DNA of 64,000 nt from Pseudomonadota bacterium (GTDB lineage: Bacteria > Campylobacterota > Campylobacteria > Campylobacterales > Sulfurimonadaceae): the NCBI GenBank assembly GCA_043797085.1, contig JAZDQA010000009.1:55608-119607 (forward strand), written 5' to 3'. The position numbers were made by a program, and so were the translations under genes. The notes beneath the pieces were generated by a model. It had not been told where the DNA came from. It saw only the letters and a list, made by a program, of their open reading frames with translations, and did not search any database. Below are positions 1-11,113 of this stretch, one piece after another. The number at the start of each line of letters is the position of its first letter. Within the stretch, counting starts at the first letter, position 1.

Positions 1-634
1 CCGGCCACAAAAAGATCGGCAAGGTATCGGGGAGTGCACCCATGTCGCCAACCGTGCGAACATCAATCCCCGTTGCTACCACAACAATGGTGAGGACGAC
101 AATCGTAACGAGCGGTGAGGGAATGAGTTTTCCGATTGTAGGGATATAGGGAAACAGATAGATGATCCCAAGCCCCGCTGCCGTAAGGGCATAGACGTGC
201 CATGTGACATTGGTCAGCTCAGGAAGCTGTGCCATAAAGATCAGAATCGCCAATGCGTTCACAAATCCGATCACAACGGTACGGGAGACGAAACTCATCA
301 ATACACCGAGTTTAATATAGCCAGCAAATATTTGCAATACCCCCGTCAAGAGGGTAGCCGCCATCAGGTACTGTAACCCGTGCTCTTTTACGAGGGTCAC
401 CATGAGCAATGCCATAGCCCCAGTAGCGGCAGAAATCATCCCGGCACGACCGCCTACGAATGCGATGACTGTCGCGATACAAAACGAGGCATACAGCCCG
501 ATTTTGGGATCAACTCCCGCGATAATTGAAAAAGCAATCGCTTCAGGGATAAGGGCGAGGGCAACCACGATTCCGGCGAGGATATCGCCGCGAATGTTAC
601 CAAACCACTCTTGTTTGGGGGATAATAATAGCAT
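1..634 (-). CDS. SulP family inorganic anion (sulfate/bicarbonate) transporter, 5' part; runs off the left edge
   Basis: Manual minus-strand translation from ATG at 634 (GGAG SD upstream): [51 protein letters not shown]..., a typical SulP N-terminus. Absent from the ORF track because it is truncated. Confidence 0.9.
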   Translation of the reverse strand, partial: MLLLSPKQEWFGNIRGDILAGIVVALALIPEAIAFSIIAGVDPKIGLYASFCIATVIAFVGGRAGMISAATGAMALLMVTLVKEHGLQYLMAATLLTGVLQIFAGYIKLGVLMSFVSRTVVIGFVNALAILIFMAQLPELTNVTWHVYALTAAGLGIIYLFPYIPTIGKLIPSPLVTIVVLTIVVVATGIDVRTVGDMGALPDTLPIFLWP

Positions 635-769
635 TTAGACTCCATAAAATTAGAAATATGCAAAAAAGCTCGAAGATAAATATCATAAGAAAAAAGAGGT
701 TTTGCAGTGTTTAAAGTATGCTATTATATACAAAAGTTACTTTGATATCTAACGAGAAAGGGAGCGTAT

Positions 770-3298
770 ATGCAGATTCCAAATTCACCATGGTCAAAGC
801 CCATAGACTCTCTCATGGGAGAACTAGAGAGCTCTCGGGAGGGGCTTGACGCCAACGAAGCAGAAAATCGCTACAAACAATTCGGTTCCAATTCCCTGAT
901 GGTGGAGGAGCGTTCCAAACTCACCATGTTGATTTCTCAATTCGCCAGTCCTATCGTCCTCATTCTCATTGCTGCAGGAATTATCAGTTTCGCCATGGAA
1001 CATACCAAAGACGGAATTATCATCCTCGCTATTCTTATCATCAATGCACTGCTGGGATTTTATCAGGAGCTTAAAGCCGAAACCTCTATTCGTGCACTCC
1101 AGCGGCTAACCGAAAATCATGTGCGGGTATTGCGCAGCGGGATTGAGACACGGCTCCCCTCTCATCAACTCGTCCCCGGAGACATCATCTTGCTCGGCGA
1201 AGGGGATCTCGTCCCTGCCGATGCGCGTCTGATAGAATCTCATGCTCTCCAAGTGGATGAAGCGGTACTCACAGGAGAATCGCTCCCTTGTGATAAATCA
1301 GCCGACTCGGATGTCAGCCCCGAAGCCCCTATGTATGAACGGCTTAACTCACTCTATTCCGGAACCTCTATCTTACGGGGAAAAACAACCGCTCTCGTGT
1401 GCGCCACCGCCGAATGGACTGAAATGGCAAAAATTGCGGAAGCGGCACAAAAAATATCCCCCGAATCTCCCTTGACCCGCTCAATGCGCCATTTTTCAAA
1501 ACAGCTGCTGATCGTTATCGTCATCATTCTCTTTATTCTCGGTGCCTTTGCGATCGCCCAAGGACGCAGTGTCGATGAGATGGTCTCCTTTCTCCTCGCG
1601 CAACTCGTCTCCGCCGTCCCTGAGGGGCTTCCGATCGTTATTACCCTTATTCTGGCAATAGGTGCCTATCGTCTCAGTCAGCACAAAATTCTGGTACGCC
1701 ATCTCCCCTCCGTCGAATCGCTTGGAAGTGCCACCGTTATCGCCACCGATAAAACGGGAACCATTACCGAGGGGATTCTATCCGTCAAAAAGACGATGAT
1801 ACTCGATGAAGAGGAGCTTCTGCGCTGTGCGGCACTCTGTAATGACTCGTACGATGGGAAAGGGGATGGTATCGATGTCGCTCTCGCCCAATGGCTAGGA
1901 GAGAATTACCTGTCCCTGCGAGAGCAATTTGAAAGACTCTACTATCATCCTTTTGATCCCATCACGAGAATGATGGGGACGATCAACCGTATCGACACAG
2001 CAGAAAAACTCTATCTCAAAGGAGCCTACGAAGCCCTCCTTCCCCTCGCCCAAAACACCCCTGAGCAACTCGAAAATCTGCAAAAATCCCACGATAGTAT
2101 GGCATCCAAAGGGTTACGTGTTTTAGCCTTCGGTGTAAGTGATCAGCACTGGGAAGATCCCGTCCATGCACCGACACGTATCGTAGGGCTCATCGCGTTC
2201 GCCGACCGTCCCAAAGCGGATGCAGCAGAGGCGATTAACTTAGCCAAACGTGCCGGAATTCGCCTCATTATGATTACCGGAGACAACCCTATCACCGCCG
2301 AAGTGATCGCCTCTGAAGTGGGATTGAACCACACAGGACAAAAGATTCTCACAGGAGCGGAAATCGACACTCTAAGCGATGAGGATCTCACAAAGCGCTT
2401 AGAACACACGGGGGTGATAGCCCGCGCTATGCCGGAGCACAAATACCGAATCGTCCAACTTCTCCAAAAACAAGGGGAAATCGTTGCCGTCACGGGAGAT
2501 GGGGTAAACGATGTCCCCGCCCTCAAAGCAGCCGATTTAGGGATTGCTATGGGGAATGGAAGCGAAGCGGCAAAAGCATCGTCTAAAATGGTGCTCGTCG
2601 ATAACAATCTGGGAGTCATTGTCGATGCGATCCGCCAAGGGCGTGTCATCAGCGACAATCTGCGCAAAGTCCTCTTTTATCTCCTCTCCACCTCACTAGG
2701 AGAGATCATCCTCATCAGCATGGCTATTTTGATGGCATTACCCCTCCCCCTTCATCCGACCCAAATACTATGGGTCAATATCGTCACCGACGGTATGTGT
2801 GACAAAACTTTTGCCATGTGTGCAGAAGAGGAAGATGTGATGAAGCGTCCCCTTAGAGCTGCGGGAAAACAGTTTTTTGATAGAGCGATGCTGTTTCGGC
2901 TGGGATGGTTTGCGCTCGTCACCGCCAGCGTCACCATGGGATTATTCATCACGCTTCACACCCATAACTACCCGTATGAGGTTATCCTTAGTGCTACGTT
3001 TACCACCGTCGTTGCCGCCCAATGGATCACCGCCGTCTTAGCCCAAAAAGAGTCAGAACCCTTTTTGAAAAACATTCGCCGCAGCCTCACCATCAACCCT
3101 TGGATCTGGGGCGGAATATCGCTGGGTATAGTACTCCAAGGAGTCGCCCTCTATCTTTTGCCGGAGTGGTTTCATGTCGTCCCTCCCAGCGGAGAAATAC
3201 TCGGCTATGTCGGTATAGCACTGATCGCTATTTTTGTTTTGGATGAGGGGTACAAATGGATGGAATACGCCAGAAGTAGGGATCGGCTTCAGCGATGA
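770..3298 (+). CDS. Cation-transporting P-type ATPase (P2A/Ca2+-like)
   Basis: TGES, PEGLP, DKTGT phosphorylation motif, TGD and GDGVND motifs; multiple hydrophobic segments. Confidence 0.93.
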   Translation: MQIPNSPWSKPIDSLMGELESSREGLDANEAENRYKQFGSNSLMVEERSKLTMLISQFASPIVLILIAAGIISFAMEHTKDGIIILAILIINALLGFYQELKAETSIRALQRLTENHVRVLRSGIETRLPSHQLVPGDIILLGEGDLVPADARLIESHALQVDEAVLTGESLPCDKSADSDVSPEAPMYERLNSLYSGTSILRGKTTALVCATAEWTEMAKIAEAAQKISPESPLTRSMRHFSKQLLIVIVIILFILGAFAIAQGRSVDEMVSFLLAQLVSAVPEGLPIVITLILAIGAYRLSQHKILVRHLPSVESLGSATVIATDKTGTITEGILSVKKTMILDEEELLRCAALCNDSYDGKGDGIDVALAQWLGENYLSLREQFERLYYHPFDPITRMMGTINRIDTAEKLYLKGAYEALLPLAQNTPEQLENLQKSHDSMASKGLRVLAFGVSDQHWEDPVHAPTRIVGLIAFADRPKADAAEAINLAKRAGIRLIMITGDNPITAEVIASEVGLNHTGQKILTGAEIDTLSDEDLTKRLEHTGVIARAMPEHKYRIVQLLQKQGEIVAVTGDGVNDVPALKAADLGIAMGNGSEAAKASSKMVLVDNNLGVIVDAIRQGRVISDNLRKVLFYLLSTSLGEIILISMAILMALPLPLHPTQILWVNIVTDGMCDKTFAMCAEEEDVMKRPLRAAGKQFFDRAMLFRLGWFALVTASVTMGLFITLHTHNYPYEVILSATFTTVVAAQWITAVLAQKESEPFLKNIRRSLTINPWIWGGISLGIVLQGVALYLLPEWFHVVPPSGEILGYVGIALIAIFVLDEGYKWMEYARSRDRLQR

Positions 3299-3361
3299 TA
3301 TCGCCGTGAATGTTGCCAAACCACTCTTATTTAGGAGATAAAAACACAATAGAAGCTCCAT
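3297..3361 (-). pseudogene. Decayed relic of the sulP 5' end and RBS (diverged copy of 581-645)
   Basis: Aligns without gaps to 581-645. Start ATG->ATT, nonsense CAA->TAA, and synonymous changes TCC/TCT, CCC/CCT, GGT/GGC. Confidence 0.8.
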
Positions 3362-3475
3362 TTTTTGAATACCGATACACTGAGTAGCAAATCATTTAAA
3401 ACTTTGTAACAGAATATCTTTGACTAAACACAATTAAGGTAGAATCTTTGATAATTACAACATAAAGGACCAAAT

Positions 3476-3727
3476 ATGTTTTTTGAAAGTATAAAAATCA
3501 TGCTTCTTGGTATGGGAACCGTTTTTTTGTTCCTGATTATCATGGTGTATGTCACCAAAGTTATGTCCAAAATAATTCAGCGATATTTTCCTGATGCACC
3601 TAAAATACCGGAACCTGTACGTACAGCAGTACCGGTAAAGTCTTCTGATAACAAAGCCAAAGTTGCGGCATTAGTAGCCACGATGTATCATAACCAATTG
3701 ATGAATGCGGAGAAAAATAATGGATAA
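3476..3727 (+). CDS. oadG: Na+-translocating decarboxylase gamma subunit (OadG family)
   Basis: Single TM with [12 protein letters not shown], Pro/Ala-rich linker, VAAL...H tail; directly upstream of the beta subunit. Confidence 0.85.
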   Translation: MFFESIKIMLLGMGTVFLFLIIMVYVTKVMSKIIQRYFPDAPKIPEPVRTAVPVKSSDNKAKVAALVATMYHNQLMNAEKNNG

Positions 3728-5087
3728 TATGAAACGATTGTTTTTCTCTTTGTGTATGATGTTCGCCGTATCTTTATCGGCTATGGATTCCCAAAGCACT
3801 GCTGCAGCTGATATGAACAGTACAGCAGGACTCACCGTAAGTGCGGATCAAAAATCGACATTTCGTGAAGAGACGTATCAACCGATGTCGTTTGGTGTTA
3901 TGATGACCAATTTTTACAACACGACAGGAATCAGTGCGCTAATTACCCCAAAAGAGGGAACGTTAACCTCTTCGGGCAAGCCCATGAGTGATTTTCATCA
4001 AACATGGGGACGGGTCATTATGATTCTCGTCACTTTTTTACTCTTTTATTTGGCAATTGCCAAAGGGTTCGAACCGCTTTTGCTTTTGCCCATAGCGTTT
4101 GGGGGATTGCTCGCGAATGTCCCTATCGCCAATATCGCAGGTCCTGACGGATTTTTAGGGATACTGTATCACATGGGAATCTCCAATGGACTTTTCCCGC
4201 TTCTCATTTTTATGGGCGTTGGGGCTATGACCGATTTTGGTCCTTTGCTTGCCAATCCAAAGCTTGCTCTTTTAGGGGGGGCGGCTCAATTTGGTATTTT
4301 CGGAACATTGGTCGGTGCGTATGCCCTCAGCCAGTTTACGGATGTCTTTAATTTTACATTGCAACAATCAGCCGCCATCAGTATTATTGGTGGGGCAGAC
4401 GGTCCAACCTCTATTTTCATCGCTTCTACCTTGGCACCCGAGCTTTTAGGAGCCATTGCGGTTGCATCGTATTCGTATATGGCGCTGGTTCCAATCATTC
4501 AGCCTCCTATTATGCGCTTATTGACAACAGTGGAAGAGCGAAAAATTCGTATGCCAGCAACACGTCGTGTCAACCGTATGGAAAAACTCATTTTCCCACT
4601 CGCAGTATTGGTATTGATTATTCTCATTCTTCCCGATGCAGCTCCTTTGGTAGGTGCATTTGCGTTAGGTAACTTTTTTAAAGAAGCCGGAGTCGTTGAT
4701 CGTTTGAGCGATACAATGCAGCATGCTTTGATTAATATTGTCACGATATTTCTAGGACTTGGCGTAGGATCAAAGCTGGCTTCAGATCAGTTTTTAGTTG
4801 TGGATACGTTAGCGATTTTAGTTCTTGGTCTTTTAGCTTTCTCGGTTGGTACGGCTGCGGGAGTTTTGATGGCGAAATTTATGAACCTCTTCACGAAAGA
4901 CAAGATCAATCCACTTATCGGTTCAGCAGGTGTTTCAGCGGTTCCGATGGCGGCGCGTGTGTCGCAAAAAGAGGGGATGAAATCCGATCCTTCCAATATG
5001 CTTTTAATGCATGCTATGGGTCCAAACGTTGCAGGTGTCATCGGTTCTGCTGTTGCCGCAGGTGTTATGATCGCACTTTTTAAATAA
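3720..5087 (+). CDS. oadB: Na+-translocating decarboxylase beta subunit (OadB family)
   Basis: [42 protein letters not shown] and [12 protein letters not shown] motifs. Start set to ATG 3720 (GGAG SD). Confidence 0.93.
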   Translation: MDNMKRLFFSLCMMFAVSLSAMDSQSTAAADMNSTAGLTVSADQKSTFREETYQPMSFGVMMTNFYNTTGISALITPKEGTLTSSGKPMSDFHQTWGRVIMILVTFLLFYLAIAKGFEPLLLLPIAFGGLLANVPIANIAGPDGFLGILYHMGISNGLFPLLIFMGVGAMTDFGPLLANPKLALLGGAAQFGIFGTLVGAYALSQFTDVFNFTLQQSAAISIIGGADGPTSIFIASTLAPELLGAIAVASYSYMALVPIIQPPIMRLLTTVEERKIRMPATRRVNRMEKLIFPLAVLVLIILILPDAAPLVGAFALGNFFKEAGVVDRLSDTMQHALINIVTIFLGLGVGSKLASDQFLVVDTLAILVLGLLAFSVGTAAGVLMAKFMNLFTKDKINPLIGSAGVSAVPMAARVSQKEGMKSDPSNMLLMHAMGPNVAGVIGSAVAAGVMIALFK

Positions 5088-5119
5088 TATTTTGCGACGC
5101 TAAAAAGGAGTTGCCGCGA

Positions 5120-6484
5120 ATGAACACTATTGAAGAGCATCGTATTTGGCTTCGAGTCAAAGAGATTCTAAAAGATCGTCTCCACATTACGGAAGATAAA
5201 GCGGATGATGATGTGATTGATGAACGGATTCGCGGCGACATCTATATGAAAGGATCGAATCTCTGGATTTTGATGTTTGCCATTCTCATTGCATCCATCG
5301 GTTTGAACGTAAACTCTACCGCCGTCATCATAGGTGCAATGTTAATCTCTCCTCTTATGGGACCGATTATGGGGATCGGATACGGTGCCGGTATTAACGA
5401 CTTTGCCCTCATTCGCCGCGCTTTTAAAAATTTAGCCATTGCAACTTTAATCGCTCTTTTGACTTCTACTCTCTATTTCTGGATCTCACCTCTCGATACG
5501 GCTCAATCCGAATTATTAGCACGCACAACGCCTACCGTCTGGGATGTACTAATAGGACTTTTCGGCGGATTAGCCGGGATCGTTGCCGTGACACGAAAAG
5601 AAAAAACCAATGTTATCCCCGGTGTTGCGATCGCAACAGCCCTCATGCCTCCATTATGTACCGCCGGATTTGGTCTTGCAACAGGGCATTGGAGCTATTT
5701 TTTCGGAGCATTTTATCTTTATACGATTAATTTTGTATTTATTGCTTTATCCGCATTTTTCATCGTTCGCGTTATTCATATTGCAGAAAAAAAATACGTT
5801 GATCCTGCTGTTGCAAAACGGGCACAGCGCTATATCGTCGCGATAGCGATTGCTACAATGCTTCCAAGCTCGTATCTGGCGTATCAACTGGTAGGCGAAG
5901 AAGTATTCAAAGCCAAAGCTTCCACCTTTGTAAATGAGAATCTTAATTTTGTCAAAACCAACGTTGCTCAGGTAAAAATCGATCCAAAAACGTATGAAAT
6001 AAAAGTCTTTTTAATCGGAGAGCATATTCCTGAAAATAAACTCAATGATATCAGTATCCGTATGGCAAAGGCGGGATTAGCAAAGGCACAGCTAAAAGTG
6101 TATCAAAACGGTGAGCGTGATGATGTCGATATCTCCACGCTTAAAGCGGATATTGTGACCGATTTATATAAAAATGCTCAAACAAAACTCGAAGTGAAAG
6201 AAAAAGAGATTTCACAATTAAAAGAGCATCTCCAAGCAACCTCTGCCCATAAAGATCTTTACCGTGCCATTCCCGATGAGTTACAGACACTGTTTCCTAA
6301 AATAACAAAGTGTGTTCTCTCAGAAACGTACAGTTCAAATACCACGGATCAGAATATGAGCATCAATCATCTTATACTTAACGTTGAGGTCAAGAAAGCT
6401 TTAACGAAAAATGAGCGGGATGTGATCGAAAAATGGCTCAAGAAGCGCACTGACAACAAAAATGTGACTATCTTTTTTCTATAA
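5120..6484 (+). CDS. DUF389 (TIGR00341-type) membrane protein
   Basis: IASIGLNVNSTAVIIGAMLISPLMGPI and IPGVAIATALMPPLC motifs; AAGGAG SD before ATG 5120. Confidence 0.88.
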   Translation: MNTIEEHRIWLRVKEILKDRLHITEDKADDDVIDERIRGDIYMKGSNLWILMFAILIASIGLNVNSTAVIIGAMLISPLMGPIMGIGYGAGINDFALIRRAFKNLAIATLIALLTSTLYFWISPLDTAQSELLARTTPTVWDVLIGLFGGLAGIVAVTRKEKTNVIPGVAIATALMPPLCTAGFGLATGHWSYFFGAFYLYTINFVFIALSAFFIVRVIHIAEKKYVDPAVAKRAQRYIVAIAIATMLPSSYLAYQLVGEEVFKAKASTFVNENLNFVKTNVAQVKIDPKTYEIKVFLIGEHIPENKLNDISIRMAKAGLAKAQLKVYQNGERDDVDISTLKADIVTDLYKNAQTKLEVKEKEISQLKEHLQATSAHKDLYRAIPDELQTLFPKITKCVLSETYSSNTTDQNMSINHLILNVEVKKALTKNERDVIEKWLKKRTDNKNVTIFFL

Positions 6485-6657
6485 AAAAGTGCATTTACCG
6501 ATTGTTTACTAAACAGTTATAGTATATATTTATTGGATATCAAGAGCAGGGTATCCGGTATTTTTTTCATTTGTAAAACTCCTTAAATAACATTCTTCTC
6601 TTCTTCAGCAGTGAAGAGAAGACTTATTTCTTACTTCTTACCTTCAATCAAATCCCA

Positions 6658-7407
6658 TCATCCCGCTTGAAGGGCAATGACATGATCAACATTCTCATAG
6701 GTATATTCCAGAAAAATATTATTTCCTTTTGATGCCGCAATGACGGCCATTCTATCCGCAAGTTCATTCCCCTCAACTCCGGCATGTCCTCGAACATGTG
6801 AGATAATAACTTTCTCTTTGATGCCGTCATAAAGGGCATGCGCGGTTTTGATCAGATCGAGATTTTTAATCTCTCCTCCTTGTTTGGTCCAGCCCTTCGC
6901 TTTCCATCCGTATGCCCAATTCACCACACACTCGATACTGTATTTGGAATCCGATAAAATCGCCACCTTGTCATGCTGGGCTTCAACTGCAAGCTCAAGC
7001 GCTTTTAGCAAAGCTTTTAATTCTGCGGTATTATTGGTTCCGATGACATCCGCCCCACCGTACATGAGAACCGGTTTCTTTTCATCTTCATAGATAGCCA
7101 ATCCGCTTCCTGCTTTTCCGGGATTTCCAGAACATGCTCCGTCACAATAGATACGCAAACGAATGCCGTCCGTTGAGACTGATGGAGCATCACTCTTGGA
7201 CGCATTACTCGTTTTTTTCTTTGGTGCTGTCTTTGCGGCTCTTGTTGTTAAAGCGTTTGATCCAAAAGCTTCTTCGGCTTCATCTTTAGTCTTATAGCTT
7301 TTATAGACAGCTCCTGCGAATTTATCGACCTGTCGTAAACACTCCGCCCATGTTGTGTAGATTCCGGGATTTCTTCCTTGCTTAACTACGTAAAATTTAT
7401 CTGCCAT
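6658..7407 (-). CDS. Ribonuclease HI with N-terminal hybrid-binding (caulimovirus viroplasmin-like) domain
   Basis: N-terminus FYVVKQGRNPGIYTTWAEC...YKSY; RNase H motifs YCDGACSGNPG, TNNTAEL, SDSKY, HVRGH, NELADRMA. Confidence 0.92.
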   Translation of the reverse strand: MADKFYVVKQGRNPGIYTTWAECLRQVDKFAGAVYKSYKTKDEAEEAFGSNALTTRAAKTAPKKKTSNASKSDAPSVSTDGIRLRIYCDGACSGNPGKAGSGLAIYEDEKKPVLMYGGADVIGTNNTAELKALLKALELAVEAQHDKVAILSDSKYSIECVVNWAYGWKAKGWTKQGGEIKNLDLIKTAHALYDGIKEKVIISHVRGHAGVEGNELADRMAVIAASKGNNIFLEYTYENVDHVIALQAG

Positions 7408-7448
7408 TTTAGTATTCCTTATCTATCATAATGTATCAAAAGTCTTAA

Positions 7449-7589
7449 CTGACCTTTCACACATTGAGGGGTTTTTTTGAAAATTCAAAAATACATACGC
7501 TAAATGATGTAAACTAAAAGCACCACCGTTTCATAACGAATGAAGTTTAGAGTTGAATTTTCAAAAAAATCCCTCAATGTGTTTATCAA
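7449..7589. mobile_element. MITE-like element, diverged copy in inverted orientation
   Basis: Long terminal inverted repeats (ACACATTGAGGG..TTGAAAATTCAA / TTGAATTTTCAA..CCCTCAATGTGT). Reverse complement shares the core ACTCTAAACTTCATTCGTTA with the copies at 26175 and 30379. Flanks GTCTTAA/ATCTTAA. Confidence 0.75.
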
Positions 7590-7611
7590 ATCTTAACGAA
7601 TTCTGTATGCA

Positions 7612-10600
7612 TCACCCCCGCACAAACAACGCTTTAATCTCCTCATTCTCCATCGAAGCCAGACCTTTTTCACCCACGCTTACACTCATTTCACCCATGG
7701 CAGTTTTTGCTTTGATCATTTTATCGATCTTCTCCTCAAAGCTGTTTTTGGTAATGAAGCGATAAACAAAAACATTATTCTTTTGTCCGATACGAAACGC
7801 CCTGTCGGTAGCTTGATTTTCCACGGCGGGATTGAACCACAGATCATAGTGAATGACGTTGGCGGCTGACGTTAGGTTGAGCCCTACCCCTCCTGCTTTG
7901 AGGGAGAGAATCAGAACTTGTTTTTCGGGGTCGTTTTGAAACGATGAAACGATCTCTTCGCGTTGTTTACTGCTAAGCGATCCATCGAAAGTCAAGGGTT
8001 CCACAAAGAATTTCTCTTCAATAATCTGTGCTAAGATGTTCAGCATTTCTACGTATTGCGTAAAGATAAGAACTTTTTCTCCCTTGGCAATCATAGGCTC
8101 CAGCAAGGTCAGAAGCAACTCGCTTTTTCCGCTCAGCGCTGCATCATAAGGAGAGGTTTTATCATAATTTCGGGGATGATTACAGATTTGTTTAAGCTCT
8201 GTAATGAGTTTAAAAATGAGTCCGGAACGGCTTTGCGGTTCATCTTGTGTTTCGAGATTTTTCATGGCACCATCGACGACACTTTGATACAGTGCCGCTT
8301 GTTCAGGAACCAGTGTCGCATACTCATCGATTACGATCTTATCGGGAAGATCATCGATGATACTTTTGTCCGTTTTTAGGCGACGAAGCATAAATGGTGC
8401 GGTGATGCGTTTGAGATTATCGGCAGCATCTTGGCTTTGATCCATCTCGATGGGACGAACGTAAGTGTTTACAAAGGTGTTAAGTTCTCCCAAATACCCC
8501 GGAAGAGCGAAGTCATAAATACTCCACAGTTCGGTAAGAGAATTTTCGACCGGTGTACCGCTGAGAGCGATACGGTATTTGGTGTTAAACGATTTTAATG
8601 CGATGGCGGCTTGCGTTGTCGGGTTTTTAATCCGTTGCGCTTCATCGATGACCAAGGCTTCGATTTTATGAGAAGCAAAGACTTTTTCATCCCGTCTGAA
8701 AATATCATACGTCGTGACAATAATCGTCGTATCACCCAAAATACGCCCTGCCCCGTAATAAAGCGATACGCTAAAAGAGGGAGCAAATTTAGAAAGTTCG
8801 TTTTCCCAGTTGGGCAACAGCGACGTAGGGACAACGATGAGGGTTTTGCCCCTGATATGGCTGTGTTCATACAGATGCAGCAAGGTTGCAATGGTTTGAA
8901 TCGTCTTTCCTAATCCCATATCATCCGCTAGAACCACCCCAAAACCGCTTAAGAGGTTCGAGACACACCATTGCACACCTCGTGTCTGATAAGGGCGCAG
9001 CGTTGCTTGTAGATTCTGTGAGATGCTTAACTCAGACGTGTGAAAGAGATTGGCAAAAAACGTTTCCAACTCCTCATCCAACAAAGCACTCCCCGCAAAG
9101 CGTTCTCTTAACATGTCAAATCGAGTCAGCTTGGGTGTTTTTTTGGCTTGCGCAAAGAGTGCTTTGAGTTCTTCAGGGGATATGCTGATATAAGAATCAC
9201 GAAACAGCACCAGCTCACTTTGCTGATTCACCAGTTCTTGAAACTCCTCAAGAGAGATATGGGTATCACCGATGGCAATCGTCCAGTCGTATTCGAGCAC
9301 TTTATCGAGAGTCAAAAAGCTCGTCGGTGTTTTTTTGGAGCGTATTCTTCTCGAAAGCCGTGGTTTAATAAGGTGCTGCAACTCACGCGGCAACACGATC
9401 TTGACACCAAAAGATGCAAGCAGCGGAGAACTTTCCATAATAAACTGCTCAAATTCTTTTCCCTGAAGTTCAATCCTTTTTTGGGTGCTTAGAAATTCAA
9501 TCTCATCTAAAAAACTGCGTATGGGAGAGAGAAGTTTTAAAAGCCCTGCCGAATTTTCTTCACAAAGAGCATCACATAAGAGCTGATCTTTGTGGGTTTC
9601 ATGATCATAAACACTCATCGACAACGCATAGTTTTCTTCTTCATCCCCCCGATCGAGCGTCAGAGTAAGGGCATAACGACTAAAAGGGAGAGAAAAAATA
9701 GAAAAATAATTAGAAACAGCACGGTCTATATTATTTTTACCCCCCTCTTTTTGGACAAATGCCCTCCCTCTGAAAAAACTCTCGCTGATAGCAGGCGGAT
9801 TCATAAAGCGGCGTTTATGCATAAAATTCATCTCATTGACGTAATCGCCCATTGCTTTGGCTAAAAAGAGGAGCGTCCCACTCTTGCCGTCAAAAAAAGG
9901 ATCTTTTTTAGCAAATCGCACAAACGGCGTTGCGTGGCACGTGAGCATCTCAAGCTGCTTTGTCACAGACGAGGGTGTCAGCAATGGCATCCAGCCGATA
10001 AAGAAACGCGATTTCTGGTCATCTTTGAGTACGGTAGGGATAAATGCATTGGCATGAAGCAGCAAATACAACGTACGGCTAAGGGCGTGATAATAACAGT
10101 ACGATGCCTTCCCCTCTTCACTGCGAAACGAGAGAAAGAGTGTGACAAAACTCAGTAAGGATATTGTGCAGCCGCCCTTTTGATATTTGATCGCATAAGG
10201 GGCAAAAAGCAGGGATGTTTTTTCTTCTTGGCGAAAGAGCGGATGTTTGATATTCACATGTCCTTTATGCCAAAACTCATCCATATTGCATTCACACTCG
10301 GCATCTTTAAAGAGGCGTTCGATAATCTCTATGTTCTCATCAAAGATGGGTGAGATGATTTGTGGTAGGGCTTTTGTGTGAGCTTTGTAAAACTCTCTCA
10401 TCACCTCTTTATAATCAACTGGAGCGAAAGACGGATGGGGCGTCAGAAGTGAATCGATTAGATTAAGTGCATTTTCATGGTGCAGTATCTCCAGCGGTTT
10501 ATCACAGACGATCTCTTCCCATGGTTTCAGTGCAATCGGATAGGAATTATCCTCCTCATTAAATGCATCGATGGTACGTGAAAGGTCCAGTCCTCGCAGG

Positions 10601-11109
10601 GAAAACAACAACAGAGGATTACTGTCAATCTCCGCATTCAAAGCCAAAAGTGCCGCAAACGTATGCTTACAAGGTACCCCCCAATCTTCACAGTCGCATT
10701 GAGTGTCAAAATTATTGAGAGTTTTATGGTGGGGATCACTTAAATCAGGAGAACCTTTAATAAAAAGTTTGATCCCTTCCGTGTCACACCACTCCATGAA
10801 TTCCTCCGGTAAAGTACCGTTAAGAAGCGCTGATTGTAAAAAAGAGTCTGAAACGACTTTGGTTTCTAATTGATTTTTGATTTCAGGGCTAAAGGGTTTA
10901 AAGTCCAGCTGTACATGATAAGTGCTTCGATACGACCCTTTAACCCCTGCACTTACTTCAGAGCCTTCGATTGCCAGTGACTTGACCCATCCCTTATTAA
11001 AGTATGTTTTTCCGCGTGTCAGTCTTGGATCAGATTCAAACAAAGATTCCAACTCTTCATAAAAATGTCCTCCCCATGTCGTAAGTCCGTATCGTTTTAT
11101 TTTTGCCAT
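7612..11109 (-). CDS. SWIM zinc-finger / SNF2-family helicase-like ATPase
   Basis: SWIM motif CDCEDWGVPCKH; SNF2 motifs LADDMGLGKT, DEAQ, SGTPVEN, QATDRAFRIGQ. Confidence 0.92.
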   Translation of the reverse strand: MAKIKRYGLTTWGGHFYEELESLFESDPRLTRGKTYFNKGWVKSLAIEGSEVSAGVKGSYRSTYHVQLDFKPFSPEIKNQLETKVVSDSFLQSALLNGTLPEEFMEWCDTEGIKLFIKGSPDLSDPHHKTLNNFDTQCDCEDWGVPCKHTFAALLALNAEIDSNPLLLFSLRGLDLSRTIDAFNEEDNSYPIALKPWEEIVCDKPLEILHHENALNLIDSLLTPHPSFAPVDYKEVMREFYKAHTKALPQIISPIFDENIEIIERLFKDAECECNMDEFWHKGHVNIKHPLFRQEEKTSLLFAPYAIKYQKGGCTISLLSFVTLFLSFRSEEGKASYCYYHALSRTLYLLLHANAFIPTVLKDDQKSRFFIGWMPLLTPSSVTKQLEMLTCHATPFVRFAKKDPFFDGKSGTLLFLAKAMGDYVNEMNFMHKRRFMNPPAISESFFRGRAFVQKEGGKNNIDRAVSNYFSIFSLPFSRYALTLTLDRGDEEENYALSMSVYDHETHKDQLLCDALCEENSAGLLKLLSPIRSFLDEIEFLSTQKRIELQGKEFEQFIMESSPLLASFGVKIVLPRELQHLIKPRLSRRIRSKKTPTSFLTLDKVLEYDWTIAIGDTHISLEEFQELVNQQSELVLFRDSYISISPEELKALFAQAKKTPKLTRFDMLRERFAGSALLDEELETFFANLFHTSELSISQNLQATLRPYQTRGVQWCVSNLLSGFGVVLADDMGLGKTIQTIATLLHLYEHSHIRGKTLIVVPTSLLPNWENELSKFAPSFSVSLYYGAGRILGDTTIIVTTYDIFRRDEKVFASHKIEALVIDEAQRIKNPTTQAAIALKSFNTKYRIALSGTPVENSLTELWSIYDFALPGYLGELNTFVNTYVRPIEMDQSQDAADNLKRITAPFMLRRLKTDKSIIDDLPDKIVIDEYATLVPEQAALYQSVVDGAMKNLETQDEPQSRSGLIFKLITELKQICNHPRNYDKTSPYDAALSGKSELLLTLLEPMIAKGEKVLIFTQYVEMLNILAQIIEEKFFVEPLTFDGSLSSKQREEIVSSFQNDPEKQVLILSLKAGGVGLNLTSAANVIHYDLWFNPAVENQATDRAFRIGQKNNVFVYRFITKNSFEEKIDKMIKAKTAMGEMSVSVGEKGLASMENEEIKALFVRG

Positions 11110-11113
11110 TAAA

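Noticed and set aside
402..663. ORF-track entries 402-638 (+) and 454-663 (-)
   Set aside because: Antisense and off-frame shadows of the real, truncated sulP CDS.
4275..4281. Poly-G phase-variation tract in oadB (and G6 runs elsewhere)
   Set aside because: Only 7 G, encoding conserved Gly codons in frame; shorter than typical contingency tracts.
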